A stretch of 64,000 bases of DNA. Origin: Lama glama (Eukaryota). Positions 12,861 through 26,286 of the stretch are shown piece by piece. The stretch is taken from NCBI GenBank assembly GCA_028534125.1, contig CM052817.1, positions 108,874,001-108,938,000 on the forward strand, in the 5' to 3' direction. The translations under genes were made by a program, and so were the position numbers. The notes under the pieces were generated by a model, which saw nothing but the letters and a program-made list of their open reading frames with translations, did not search any database and had not been told where the DNA came from. The number at the start of each line of letters is the position of its first letter. Positions within the stretch are counted from its first letter, which is position 1.

Positions 12861-14589
12861 TGCAGTTGAAAACATTGTATAAAACTGGAAGGCTTTTTCT
12901 TTTCTTTTTTTTTTTTTCTTTTACCATCTGCATCTGAGGAAAAGTCACCATTTTCAGAGTCCAGTTCCTCCCCTGTCTGTTTTGCTACTGTTTTCATGGG
13001 GGTGGCCACGGATCAGGCATGGGGACTTGGGTGGGGAGTCAGGAAACTCTGGTTCCTGCCAGGACTCTGCCTCGCTCTCTTAGAGACGGGGCTCATATTT
13101 CACAGCACAGCATTCTCTCCCGCAGACGCCAGAGCCCCCGCCTCCCAGGGAAGTTCTGGGAGTTGGCAAGAGATCTTTGATGTGCTCTTCAGAGAGCACA
13201 GGTTTGTGCTAGAAAGACAAACTGTGTTCCATTTGGGGAAAATCCAAAGAAAGTGTTAGATTTTAGCTTGGAAAATCTATCCGAACGCAGAAGCAGGGGT
13301 AAAAAGGGTAACACTCCCACCACAGGCAGAGGGACCGGGGAAAGGTGAGCTCATTTCCCAGTGAAACAAAGAAATGCTTGAAGTATTTTCATACAGTGCC
13401 TCTAGGGTCTGTCTCATGTTTCACTTACAGAATAAACTACAAAGCATGCACGTTGAAAGCAAAGTCAGGTTACTGCTGGGTGTTTTTCCCTTCCTCCCTC
13501 ATGTCCACCCCCCCACCACCAAATAAAACATCAGCAGTCATTTCTAGAGCCAAATATTTTTAATGAGGCACTTCCAATATTTATCGGATCATTCTCTTTG
13601 AAAAATGCTGTCAGCTCCAGCTCTGAGATCGCTTCCATATTGAAGCATGTAATTCTGTTGCAAAGGGGAAACTCTCTTCTATCATTTTCAATTAAATGAC
13701 CCATTAGATTGTATTTACTGGGCTCGCTTATTAATTTCCTGGAATCTGATTGTGTAATTCTTGTCCCTTCTAACCTCGTGAAAATGCAACTTCTGACCTC
13801 TCTCCCTTAAAGATTTTTAGGGTGGGGAGCCCGCCGCATGTGAGGGATGGTTGTCATGGCAGCAAAACTCAAGAACTGACTCAGGGTGGTCAAGGTGAAT
13901 GTGAAAATTCAGTTCACCTCTAGGATTCAAATGTATCAACTTATGCATACGTGTGTGTGGCGGGGGGTGATACTTGTGACTGTGTTTGGGGGGTTAAGTG
14001 AACATACTCCAATCCAGCTCTTTGGAAAGAATGTAGTCCAACATAAACTGTGTTTTTGACCCGGGCTGCATTGCCCTATTAAAAAAAAAAAAGAATAGTA
14101 AGCAAGTTTTCCCATTAAGTTCAACTCTCTAAGATGCACAGGCAAATAAAATGAACTTCAGAGCAAACTGCCACAGCGTTCTCTCCACTTGTCAACTCAC
14201 TTTACAGGCAGCTGGGGACTTTGAACTTTCAATTTCATTTGCCCAGCGTAATTGGGAGCATCTCAACTGCTCCTGGCTCCACATCGCCCGCCTACCCGTG
14301 GCAGCTGAACACAGTGACTGGGTTGCAGAAATGGTGACGTGTCGGTTTCTGAGGTTTGGCTATGAACGCATCTCCAGCAGTGAGACCTCAAAGGCGCAGG
14401 TCGGACCCCTTGGTCACCTTTGCTTACCTGGCCAGGTTCGTAGCATCACTTCATAAACAAGGAGGCTAGAGGGCCCTTGTGTTCCACTGAGGAGGATCGT
14501 TTTCACGGGGAAAATTCAAAACAAGGTTGCTGCCTGCTGATCACTAGAAGTGAGCCTCAAATGTACGTTCTTGGAAATGAATGTGTTTC

Positions 14590-14886
14590 AGAAACAGACT
14601 TGCAGACATAGAAAACAAACTTATGGTTACCAGGGAAACAGGGGATGAGGGATGAACTGGGAGTTCGGGATTAGCAGATACACACCACTATACATAAAAC
14701 AGATAAACGACAAGGTGCTACTGTGAGGCACAGGGAACTGTATTAAATATCTTGTATTAAACTGTAATGAAAAAGAATATGAAAAGGAATATATATGTAT
14801 GTAAAACTGAATCACTATTGTATACCAGAAACCAATACAACATGGTTAATCAACTATATTCCAATAAAAAAGGAAGGAAAAAAAAA
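14590..14886 (+). mobile_element. L1 3'UTR, 5'-truncated
   Basis: Perfect TSD GAATGTGTTTC (14579-14589 / 14887-14897) and L1 3'UTR motifs. Confidence 0.93.
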
Positions 14887-16269
14887 GAATGTGTTTCCTT
14901 GCTCTCCACTTACTGTGCACTTGCAAATATAAGCTAATATGAATATTTTTCTCTCCCATATAAAGTTCCATGCATCATGATTTAAAAAAATACATTGAGA
15001 CCATGACTCCTACACTTGGATGCCCTGCTCTGTTCCCACAGGCCCACCCGGTCACCCGCACAGGTGCACAGACATGGAAACTGGGACCTTCCTTCTCTAT
15101 GCTGGTATGCCTTTTCATTCTGGAAGGTTCTGCCAGTATTTGAAGTGTCTTATCCAACAAGATCACTGATTCCCATGCTATTAATTATAATTAACAGCTC
15201 AAAGATGGGAGCGTTAATTATTCATAGCAAGCATTAACTATCACAGGGTCTCCACGTAAGGCCCAGAGTAAGACTGGATCTCCCTGACCAGAGCAGGATT
15301 TCAGCGAGACGCAGACCTGGGAATAAACGCACTGGCAGCCATTCCCGCTGACTCGTCGAGTGTCTGACCCAGACACTATGCATTGGTCTGTGCGAGAGGT
15401 TTAGGTGCAGTCCTGTCTGGCGGTTGTGGAACGAGCTGACCCATCCCTCAAAGTCCCACAGAGCCCTCTGATCTGCATTCAGCGGGCCCTAGACCACACA
15501 CAGGCCCTTTTACGACATCGCTTCCTTGAATATTTGTTTTCTTTGTGGAGCACACGGGAAGACAGAAGGAAAAGCCCTCTTTATCATAACAGAGTCCTAC
15601 AAAGGAAAATGATTTTACCATCGAGAGAAAATGACTACCATAAAAGATAAAATCTGTGCCTTTATCAGCTTGACATTGAATGCCATCCAAAGTTAAGCAT
15701 ATCGAGTCAGAAGGGCTTCAGGTTTCTGCCCCGATCTGGGCTGGGATATTTATCTTCCCCTCAGTTACCAAGAGGGGAGCGTGGTTCCTCCGGGCGGGTG
15801 CTGCCTGTTTAGTCTGTACCATTACAGAATTTATGGTCTGGTTTTGACTCAGAAGGATACTTCCAAATAAGGAATCAGAAGGATTTATAAGCTCTGGGCG
15901 GTGGAACCACCACATGTTACATTCAAGTAAAGGAAACAAAGTAGGGAATTTCCTTAAAATGATGACTTCACGGCTATGCTATTTCTGTGGCCCAAGAGGG
16001 CTTTGTATTTGTAATTAGGTCTGGAATCGCATGTGATGACTCTTCTTCTGTCTTTGTAAGGGTCGAGAGGTGGGTGATGTCTTACTGAGAGCTTCTCCAC
16101 AAATCTGTGAGATTTCCAGAAGGACTTTTCTAAGCACACAGCTACTCATGAGAAATTGATTCGGATATTCTAGATCAGAGATAAAGAGCACTTCCGTTCT
16201 GACAACCCAGAGCATCTTTTGCACACACATAACATTTCACGTGCAGCCTCGCAGCTGGAGTCCTGCCCC

Positions 16270-16673
16270 GTCCTCCCCGGCGCTCCTGCTACGTTCCAGC
16301 CAGCGGGAACTAGCTCCTGTCCCTTGACCTGTCCTGGTTTTTCTTGCTTCTAAGTTTTTGCACCTGCTGTTACTTCTCTCCTCCTAGGAGAAAATTATTC
16401 TCACTTTCAAGGATATAATTGCAATTTATGTTTCAGAATTCAGGTTGGCTATGACATCTTCAAAGAAGGCTCCATCGTCTTCATCTACACTGACTTCCAT
16501 ATGTTACCATACACATTTCCATGCAGCATCGTAGTCCTCTGTGTAATGTGTTTTCCTCCCATTCCATGCCGGTGTCCCTAAAGGCAGGGTCGATGGCTTT
16601 TACCTGATTTTTTCCAAGATATCCAGACAGTCTACCACATGACAGGTGACATAAATTCCTGTAAGTGAATGAA
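16270..16673 (+). mobile_element. L2 3' fragment
   Basis: TTTGCACCTGCTGTT..AAGGCAGGG..ending GTGAATGAA, the L2 tail. Confidence 0.55.
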
Positions 16674-16911
16674 GTAAAACACTACCACGTGTTTTCAACT
16701 CCGTTTGGGCTCAGCCAGGGGAGGAGAGAGGATTTTTAGGGGCTACTTAGTGAGGTGATTATCGAGATCAGTAAGTTTCAGATCTCCCCATGCGGGCCAC
16801 TTCTGATGCCAAAAATACAAGCGTTCACAAGCCCCTGAATATCATCCTTGACTATTTATGGACATAAACTTTTCAGGAAAAAACAAAAGATGTTGCCTCA
16901 TCTATAGAAAC

Positions 16912-17412
16912 TGTGAATGAAAAACATTGCAGCCGTATCAGTAAACAAAGGATGCTGCGTCCATCAAGTCATCAGCCGCTACCGCCACCCCCGACAGTGA
17001 GCGGAGGGGGCTCAGGTGCAGACAAGCAGGCAGCACGGCCTCTGCTGCCACCCCCAGCAGTGCCCCCTGAGGGGACTCACGATGGGAAAGCACAGGACAC
17101 TGGCCCTAGACAGCTAGGTGCACATTGAAGGAATGATTTCAATGAGCCCAGACTTTTCCACATTCTCATACCTAGAAAAGCACCAAATTCATTAACTTGA
17201 GATGTCTGGTTTTCTTTAATTAACAGCAATCTTTTGATATCTGAATACCTGGTTTTTGTTTCAAAAAATCCTATAAATCCAGACCCCTCCCTTGCCTCTG
17301 TGGGAGCTGTCCCTTAGAGCGACCTGAGATGTCCCGGGCTCAAGTCCTCAGAAAGCCCGTTGAATGAAACACAACTCTCAAGTTTAGCTTGTGCATTTTA
17401 TTTCAGTTGACA
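16912..17412 (+). mobile_element. ERV1 solo LTR
   Basis: TGT..GACA termini, 4-bp TSD AAAC, TATA-like CTATAAAT near 17270. Homologous to 25698-26036. Confidence 0.88.
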
Positions 17413-17924
17413 AAACTATACCATATGTCACACATTTTGGAGACTAGTCAAGGATCAAGAGTCTGTTGATTCTCAAGATACCTAAATGTGTGGGCAAAAA
17501 TCAGCTCTACAACAGAAGGATTAATTTTTTGAATGGCCATCACTAGAAATCCAAAAGGAAAAGTAGGTTTTAATTAGTTGGTATCAAAGAGAAATTCGTA
17601 AAGTAGGAAAACAGAAGCAAAACTGAAAGCAAGCTAGCGTGACATACTTTGATCAGGAAAAGACTTTTACACAAATTACACCTGAGTGGTAAATGTATTT
17701 GCATGCAACAGGACAGTGAATCTGCTTTGTTTCCAAATGAAGCAGGTTGTTTGAGAAATGCTACCATCAGATAGACAGCCCTGGAGTAAAGCAGAATTCT
17801 TACCACTCTGCGAAGAATAACATCTTTGTTTTCTGTTGCCATTACAGCCCTAACTCAGCCGCTTTTTTCCCATAAAGCTTTTTATCACTCACCTTTTGCA
17901 CTTCACCTGTCAGTATGGTGGGCG

Positions 17925-18170
17925 CTGCGGTGTGAGTTGCATTGGGAGCTCTGATTTTGCCCTGGATTCTCTTGGTCCATACACAGTACCATTGGTGCGC
18001 CATGTAACCACATGCAAATTACTTAACCTTTCCTGTCTCTTTTTCCGGAAGAGAGCAGTTGAAAATGAGCATGACAATATATCCAGTCCCATCCTATTTG
18101 GGGATCCTTTGTGCCAATGCCACAACTTTGTATAATACAGGGAACCCTTGTGATTGGCAAAAAGTCATTT
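17925..18170 (+). mobile_element. MIR fragment
   Basis: TGTAACC..GCAAATTACTTAACCTTTC..AAAATGAG resembles the MIR core. Confidence 0.45.
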
Positions 18171-18189
18171 TGGGCTCACTTCTCATTGA

Positions 18190-18290
18190 AATAATAATAA
18201 TTATTTCATTATTATTCATTAAAAATCGTTAATTATTATTCATTTTTATTATTATTATTATTACTATTACTATTATTATTATTATTATTA
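18190..18290 (+). repeat. (ATT)n / AT-rich low-complexity repeat
   Basis: Directly visible. Confidence 0.9.
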
Positions 18291-18294
18291 CAAG

Positions 18295-18560
18295 AGCAAT
18301 AACAGCCAAAGCTCATACAGAGCTTCCTGTAGGGCAAACACTCAACACTTCACAAGTATTTGCTCATTTAGAATCCACGTAGATTTCATAAATAAAATAG
18401 AATCCTCCGCAGTCTATGGAGGTCGTTACAATTACCTTTCCCAGATGAGGAAATTCAATTATGGAGAATTTACGCAACTTTCCCAAAGTCACACGGTGGC
18501 AGGGCTGGGACTCCGAGGCAGGCAGGCTGACTTGCAAACTGTGTGTACTTAAATCCTCCA
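18295..18560 (-). mobile_element. MIR
   Basis: CAGATGAGGAAA..GCAACTTTCCCAAAGTCACACGG..GCAGGGCTGGGACTC. Confidence 0.75.
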
Positions 18561-21248
18561 CACTGGGCTGACTTTGGAACATTAAGCAGAACGTCGACCC
18601 TGGAGTGTGAGAGCTGCTTTTCATTTTTATGGACCACATCCACATTCACGTAACGATGAGGACAAGAATGGATTGAAAGTTTATGGTGAATAATTGTTAT
18701 TTTACTGCCAGTGAACCAAATTCTGGTTCAAACACTAGAAGCCGCTGGCCTGTTTCTAATAAAAACGGAATACAAAATAAAGCATAAATCACCGAAACTC
18801 TCATAAAGCACTTCCTTAAAATCAGCATCTGAAGGAATAAAGCCTCTATATTTGCAAGAAACAATAAAAGGAGTAAAATATATCCTCAGATCGCCTTGGT
18901 GTAGGATTCTAAAACCTGATAAAATGCTGATGCTGGCAAATCATCTTTGGGAAATTGAAAACCAATTACTACTGTCTCTGCTGGCGGCAGGCAAAATGGA
19001 AGTCCTATTAAACGGCACACGGGAGAGATCAGCGAGCTCACTCAGGGTGCTCTGAATTGAAAAGAGAGGTAATGACTTTCTTTCTGCATTAGAATTCACG
19101 GAGTTCCTTGAGGAAAACTGAAAAGCTGTAGTTGTTGTGGCTGGAATGAGTTTTGTGGAAGTCCTTAGTGCTGTTCACCCAAATCCGTGGAGGGCTGCAC
19201 GTCTTATTTTTTTGGACTGGAGGGAGGTCGTGTGGCGTGTGTCACAAGTTGGCGCCAGCTCTGTGGGTCACACTTCCTCCCTCTGCTGCATGGACTACAG
19301 ACAGACAGCCCCCCCCAACTGGTGCTGCACAAATGAGAAATGCGCTTCTGTTGTGTTCAGTCTCTGGGATTTAGGACTTTCTGTGGGTGACGGGTTTCCT
19401 AACCTAACAAATACGAATTCACCACCACAAATTCAGGTTGGAAAAGGAAAAGAAAGGTCATTCCTTTACTTTCTATAACTGAACCAGAATCCGGAATTTA
19501 ACCTCAAGTCTCCATCTTATTGGGTTGCCAGCAGACAATGCTATTCTATATTGGAGCTCACTTTCCATTTTCTGAATTTTATCAATATTCTGCAATTTTA
19601 TACAGTAAATGAACGTCAGGGAATCCCCTTTGGTTTCTCTTCCTTCTCTGGGAAGGCCCATCCAGGATTATCTGGCACCAAATAGAGACTCCACTGTTCT
19701 CCGAATCCTGTTTGCATCCAATCATCTTGTCGGATGGAGGGGGTTATCCTTCCTGGACACACCGTGCCTGGGGGAGAGAGAGCAGAGAGCAGAGAGCTAC
19801 CTCCACACCTCACCTTCCTCCCCGGTGCCACCACTTTCTACCTTTAACACCATAACACAGAAGAATCCAGGTGTTATGGGGACCTGAACGTACACAGGTG
19901 ACACAGTTCTCTTTGAGAAAAGGAAAAATCACAGATCATTTCTTTATCTTCATCTGGGTGATGGTTATAAGGATATGCATTGGGACAAATTCACTCTGGG
20001 ATTTGGGGGTGTTTGTCATAGGAAGATTCTATGGCAAGGAAAAAAAAAGTTTAGGGAAAAAATATGATTTTGAAATTGGGCTCAGGACCTTGCAAGACTT
20101 TTCCTGAAGCTGAAACCCCAGAGGGTAGGTTTCGTGAGCCTCAAGGTGAAGTGGTTTCTCAGACCTCGAGGCCTCCCTCCTGATCTCTGTGGCCCTCGTG
20201 ATCTAGGTAAATGCATTCTCTCTTATCCCAGGGTAACCCCACCACCACCACAAGAGCAGGGAAATTCAATAATAAAAGTCAGAAAGGGGCTTGTCTGTAA
20301 TTTCCCTGGAGTCCAGGGATCTTGTAGTCCAGCTGTTGGGAAGGAGAAAGGATGATTATATCAAAAACTGTTGGGATTAATGTCCAAGTAAATCACTCGT
20401 CACGTGCAGATGTGAGGAGAAACCTACACGTATCTCGTAGAATTGCCTTCAGTTGATCTTGTACGTTGTCACTTGAAATATTACATTTTTCTTTAAATAA
20501 AAGGTCAAAAGAATCTTTCCTAGCACAGATGTCAACACCAGCACACACCACAGTGGAATGTCTGTAATTCTAAGAGAAGTTGAGGATTCTATAATATCAC
20601 AAAGAAAACTTTAAACGAAAGTGGAAGTTAAAGATCCAAAAGTGAGTGAAACATTCGTACTGTTAACTGGACCATGGTCACTGCTGAGGGTTCTGAAGCC
20701 CTCTGCTGTGCGATTCTGAAGGGTCTGTAAATGTTGCAGTTTACTTTCCCAGAAGAACAGAATTCTGAATTCTATTTTTAGTGTAAAATTTCCTAAAGGC
20801 GAGCGGAAAAGACAGCTTTCCAAAGTCTCCCATCATGGGGCCCGTTATTCGCTCAATAAATGACAAACTTTGGAAAAAGACTTTGCCATAGTAATCGGCG
20901 GTCTTAGGACTCGGTCAGCGATGTGACTGCTTGATTTACGCTTTGCTTACTTCTTTACATGCAAACCATGGCAAACCTTCCCACCTGGAGAGAATTCTGT
21001 ACTTTGTTAGTGAATTTGATTTTATTACAAGCTCTGCTACATGTTTGCCATCTTATTCAAATAATATTAAACCTGTGATTCATTTTTATTTCCAACATGG
21101 GTTAGTTGGTTCTATTTTTTTCATGATAAGAATGTCATATAATATTACACATCCCCCCACGTGAGCAGGATTTGTGCAAATAATTACTAGTTCAAAATTG
21201 TTTAAGATACTGAATTTCACGGTAAATACTGAAATTCAAAGTAGGAGA

Positions 21249-21408
21249 CTGTGGGGAATAGTTCAAGTGGTAGACCACATGCTCAACCCCCAGTACTTCC
21301 ATTGAAATAAATAAGTAAGTAAAAAACCCCATTACCTCCCCCTTCCAAAATAAAAATAAGTGAAATTAAGTTAAAAATTTTTTAAAACATAGAAAAAATT
21401 TAAAAATG
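21249..21408 (+). mobile_element. vic-1-like SINE with internal deletion removing most of the B box
   Basis: Perfect TSD AAAGTAGGAGA (21238-21248 / 21409-21419). TAGTTCAAGTGGTAGA..CATGCT is joined directly to CAACCCCCAGTAC. Confidence 0.88.
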
Positions 21409-21792
21409 AAAGTAGGAGATTGATACTAAGTATAAATCGACTATTTATAGAAAAATAATTCTAAAAAGTCTGCTTTTTAATATGGCTTTAAATTCTAATT
21501 AAAAACTTGAATGCAGACAGCTGTTTTTCACCCATGATTTGTATAACTAGAAGTTTTAGAAAGGTATATAAGTTAACACCAGAAATAAGAAAGGACTTAT
21601 GCTAGAATGTTGTTATTTAGTGAGCAAGGCAGTAACATTGTCAAATTGTGATCATCAGCGCCGCACATTTTAGAAGTGCCCCATAAATGTGGTATTTACG
21701 GTCTCGAGTCCACTAGTGAAAAGCATGGCTTCGGTTTCAAATGCCACGGTTTGAAAAAGTGAAAGCGTTTGCATGTTGGCTGGAAGTTGTGG

Positions 21793-21794
<2 letters not shown>

Positions 21795-21826
<32 letters not shown>
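21795..21826 (+). repeat. (CT)16 microsatellite
   Basis: Directly visible. Confidence 0.97.
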
Positions 21827-21827
<1 letters not shown>

Positions 21828-22619
21828 ATTCCCTAATGTTGCAGGAAGCGAACACTAAACAAAAACACCTGTTTGGTGTGTAGGGTTGAGCAGTTCGGGA
21901 TGAAAGTTCAAAGCTCTCTGTAAACATCCCGCTGCTTCACCAGCGGTTAAACCACGTGAACTGTGTCCTGCGCGGCTGCTCACTTACGAAAGTTAACTAT
22001 TTCACTGCACTGGGGCGTCATCTGGGCGCTACTGCTTTCTCGCGGAACAACCGAAACTTAGAGGTGATAGGAGCTGAACTATGAAAACAGAGACCCAGGG
22101 GCTCAGGACCTAAATGGACCTTGTAACCGAGTAGGAATTTAAGTGTAAATGGAACAAATGAAACATCCACTCAGGCTACTAATAATGCAGTCACACCTAT
22201 TGCCTCAGTATACAGTGCCCATGTAGAAGTCGTTAAAATTTTAGCAAGATGACAAGGTTGTAAAGTCATTTGTTCCTATGGCACTGTAGGATTTTTTTCC
22301 TCCACAAATATGTATTTTAAATAAAATGTTAATATTCCTAAGAGATCTGAAAAGACAATAGTAGGTAGTAAAGAAAATATAATCAGAAAGTATAAAGTTA
22401 AATTTAAAAATTAATGTGAAAATGACATTAAATTTTCACCATTTATTTAAGAAAAGTAATTATAAAAATCATATCTGCTTACTGTAAAAAAGAAAACAAA
22501 TCTGATTTTAAAGTTATTTTGATTATAACATGGCTATTTGCATATTGTTTAAAACTGAAACCGAACCTAAACGCAGAGTTGAGTATAATGCTATGTGAGG
22601 AATGTTTAAAATAAAAGCA

Positions 22620-23940
22620 ATACCTAAACCCCAAGTAAAAATATAATGTCTCATTCCCTTTTCCCCAATCAAGTCTCCAAATTAGCGTGTTTCACAGATA
22701 TCATTCCAGATATATTTTTCATTAACTCACTGTATACATTTAAGCAGATTAAATAAGATTATGCTTTGACACATATAAATTCATACAGTATATGCTATTC
22801 TGACACCGCCACACTTTTACCTGGCAACATAGTGCAGATATTTTTCCATATGAATTTATATTTTACCTCATTCTTTGTAAATACTACTCAGTGTTCCATT
22901 GTATGAATACAATGTATTTACTTAAACACTCTCTTAGTGATTAAGATTTAGATTGCTTAAAGAAGATGTGGCATATTTATACAATGGAATACTATTCAGC
23001 CATAAAAAACGACAACATAGTGCTGTTTGCAGCAACATGGATGTCCCTGGAGAATGTCATTCTAAGTGAAGTAAGCCAGAAAGAGAAAGAAAAATACCAT
23101 ATGAGATCGTTCATATGTGGAATCTAAAAAAAAAAAGAAAAAGAAAGAACATAAATACAAAACAGAAACAGACTTATAGACATAGAATACAAACTTGTGG
23201 TTGCCAAGGGAGAGGGGAGTGGCAAGGGGCAGACTGGGAGTTTGAAATTTGTAGATACTGACAGGCATATGTAGAATAGATTAACAAGATTATACTGTAT
23301 AGCACAGGGAAATCTATACAAGATCTTGTGGTAGCTCACAGTGAAAAAAATGTGACAATGAATATATGTATGTTCATGTATAACTGAAAAATTGTGCTCT
23401 ACACTGGAAATTGACACAACATTGTAAACTGACTATAACTCAATAAAAAATGTTAAAAAAAAGATTTAGATTGCTTTCAAGTATTTTCTTCCAATTATCA
23501 ATGCTGGCATATTTAACCGATAATGTGGGTTCAACCAGACAAAATTTCAAAAGTGGAATTGGTATGTCAGTTTGAGCCTTTTAAATATTGAAAGCACTGT
23601 TGAATTGCTTTCCCGTGAATGCTGTATGATAGTTCTTATTTCTCCAACATTGCTAATACCCAATATTATTGATTTGTAATTTCGACAGATAAATATCAGT
23701 ACTTCAGTATTGTATGTATTTATATTTATTTTATTAGCATGGATTCATTATAAGCCATTTGTATTTCTTTTCTGTTCTACAGGGGTTGATCCTTTTTTTC
23801 TGATTTATCAGTGCTTCTATATAAAGAATATATATATAAAGAATATCAATTTGCATCTTTTATATAAGAATTGAATATAATTCGCATGTTTTGAAATTTA
23901 TACTTCTCCATTTTTCCCAATTTTATATTTTTAGATATGG
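22620..23940 (-). mobile_element. Old L1M(E)-type fragment interrupted by a young L1
   Basis: CATTCTTTGTAAATACTACTCAGTGTTCCATTGTATG..AAGTGGAATTG is degenerate antisense ORF2 end. Confidence 0.6.
22959..23460 (+). mobile_element. Young camelid-type L1, 5'-truncated
   Basis: Perfect 16-bp TSD AAGATTTAGATTGCTT (22943-22958 / 23461-23476). ORF2 end (KKMWHIYTMEYYSA), 3'UTR and polyA. Confidence 0.96.
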
Positions 23941-23949
23941 AATTATTTT

Positions 23950-24060
23950 TGATATATATATATAGCAACATTTTATACATATATATAGCAAATTATATAT
24001 GCACACATGTATATATATAACATATATGTTATATATATATACGTGTGTATATATATATGT
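23950..24060 (+). repeat. (TA)n-rich repeat
   Basis: Directly visible. Confidence 0.85.
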
Positions 24061-24089
24061 TCTTTTGTGATACATATGTTCCTAAAGAA

Positions 24090-25550
24090 ATTTTTGTTGA
24101 AATATAGTTGGTGTACAATGTTCTGTTAGTTTCAGGTGCACTGAATAGTGATTTGGCATTTGCACACATTAGTATAAGCCCAGTAATCCCTGGTCCCCAT
24201 CAAGTTGTTATGACATTATTGAGCATATTCTGCATGCTGTTTATTATCTCTCAGTGGCTAATTTTATATTTTACATACCCATCCTTCTTTCCTCCAGCAA
24301 CCACCCATATGTTCTCTATATCTTTCATCTATGAGTATATTCTCTTTTTTTAACATTTTTTATTGAGTTATAGTCAGTTTACAATGTTGTGTCAATTTCC
24401 AGTTTCTTTTTTTTTTAGATTCCACATATAAGTGATCTCATATGGTATTTTTCTTTCTCTTTCTGGCTTACTTCACTTAGAATGACATTCTCCAGGGACA
24501 TCCATGTTGCTGTAAATGGCATTATGTTGCCTTTTTTATGGCTGAATAGTATTTCATTGTATAAATATACCACTTCTTCTTTATCCAGTCATCTGTTGAT
24601 GGACATTTAAGCGGTTTCCATGTGTTGGCTATTATAAACAGCACTGCTATGAATATTGGGGTGCAGGTGTCTTTTTAAAGTAGGGTTCCTTCTAGATATA
24701 TGCCCAGGAGAGGGATTCCTGGGTCATATTGTAAGTCTATCCTAGTCTTTTGAGGAATCTCCATACTGTTTTCTACAGTGGCTGCACCAAACTGCATTCC
24801 CACCAGCAGTGTAGGAGGATTCCCTTTTCTCCACAGCCTCTCCAGCATTTGTCATTTGTGGACTTCTGAATGATGGCCATTCTGACTAGTGTGAGGTGAT
24901 ACCTCACTGTAGTTTTGATTTGCATTTCTCTGATAATTAGTGATACTGAGCATTTTTTCATGTGCCTTTTGATCATTCATATGTCTTCCTTGGAGAATTG
25001 CTCGTTTAGGTCTTCTGCCAATTTTTGGATTGGGTTGTTTGTTTTTTTCTTATTAAGTCTTTTGAGCTGCTTATATATTCTGGAGATCAAGCCTTTGTCA
25101 GTTTCATCGTTTGCAAAAATTTTCTCCCATTCCGTAGGTTGTCGTTTTGTTTTGTTTAGGGTTTCCTTTGCTGTGCAGAAGCTTGTAAGTTTAATTAGGT
25201 TCCATTTGTTTACTCTTGCTTTTATTGCTATTGCTTGGGTAGACTGCCCTAGGGGAACATTTTTGAGATGTATGTCAGATAATGTTTTGCCTATGTTTTC
25301 TTCTAGGAGGTTTATTGTATCTTGTCTTATGTTTAAGTCTTTGATCTATTTTGAGTTTATTTTTTTGTATGGTGTAAGGGAGTGCTCTAGCTTCACTGAT
25401 TTACATGAGTCTATTCTTGTTTGTCTTATTTGTTTGTTTTGTTTTTTAGAGTCCATATGTAAGTGACATCATATGGTATTTGTCTTTCTCTTTCTGACTT
25501 ATTTCACTTAGCATAACATCTTCAAGGTCCATTCATGTTTTCACAGAAAC
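24090..25550 (-). mobile_element. Older L1 3' end hosting a nested L1
   Basis: TTGAAATATAGTTGGTGTACAATG.. start. Resumes after 25417 with TTTAGAGTCCATATGTAAGTGACATCATATGG. Confidence 0.8.
24344..25404 (-). mobile_element. Young L1 (ORF2 C-terminal ~1 kb) nested in older L1, 3'UTR internally deleted
   Basis: Minus ORF 24773-24976 is L1 ORF2 ([30 protein letters not shown]). TSD ATGAGT(A/C)TATTCT at 24331-24343 / 25405-25417. Confidence 0.93.
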
Positions 25551-25697
25551 ATTTTTTTATTTATAAGGATGTTTAAGAATATTATTTACAAATTAAAATA
25601 CACACACATGGGTGTGTATGTGTTCTTGGTTTCTGAAGCATAAGAACCAGCTCTTTACAGTCACTGCTGCTGGGGAGCAGAATTGTGATTATGGAAT

Positions 25698-26036
25698 CGT
25701 ACATGAAAAGCATGGCGGCCATATCAGTAAACAAAGGATCTAAGGCCAAGTCATCAGCCTCTGTGGCCACAACTCTTGCACTTTCCCATACATAGAAAAA
25801 CGCTAAATTCCTTAACTTGAGATATCTGGTTTCCTTTCATTAACAGTAAGCTTTTGATGTTCTGATTACCTGGTCTTTGTTGCAAAAACTCCTTTATATC
25901 CCAGCTCCTCCCTTGCCTCTTTGGAGCCAGTCCTCAGAGCGAGCTGAGAGGCCACCTCCTGGGCTCAGGTCCTCAGAGAGTCCAGCAAATAAAACATAAC
26001 TCCCAACTTTTAGGTTTGCATTTGTTTTAGTTGACA
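25698..26036 (+). mobile_element. ERV1 solo LTR (same family as 16912), internally deleted
   Basis: Shares ATCAGTAAACAAAGGAT, TTAACTTGAGAT and AGTTGACA with 16912-17412. TSD GAAT. AATAAA at ~25988. Confidence 0.88.
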
Positions 26037-26286
26037 GAATTCTAGCCATCTCACTCTTGATATGTTCATATAACTTTTTTTTTAAATGTGGAAACTTCCA
26101 ATAAATGAATTACAGTACAAAAAAAATTGAAATTCCAACAAAAGAAAGTCAGTGTGCATTGCACTTCTGTGGATTTGTACATTTGTCCTGACAGTGGAAA
26201 CAATTGAAGTGGTGATGGTTCATTCTTCTCAACTCATGACTATCTAATCATTTTCTGCAATGTTAGAGTTCCCTTCCTGCAGACCC

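Noticed and set aside
24915..25466. 183-aa hydrophobic ORF
   Set aside because: It is the antisense reading of L1 ORF2, a common artefact.
16912..26036. Full-length provirus bounded by two LTRs (~9 kb)
   Set aside because: Each LTR has its own TSD (AAAC versus GAAT). The interior has no recognisable PBS or gag/pol/env and contains older MIR and L1M.
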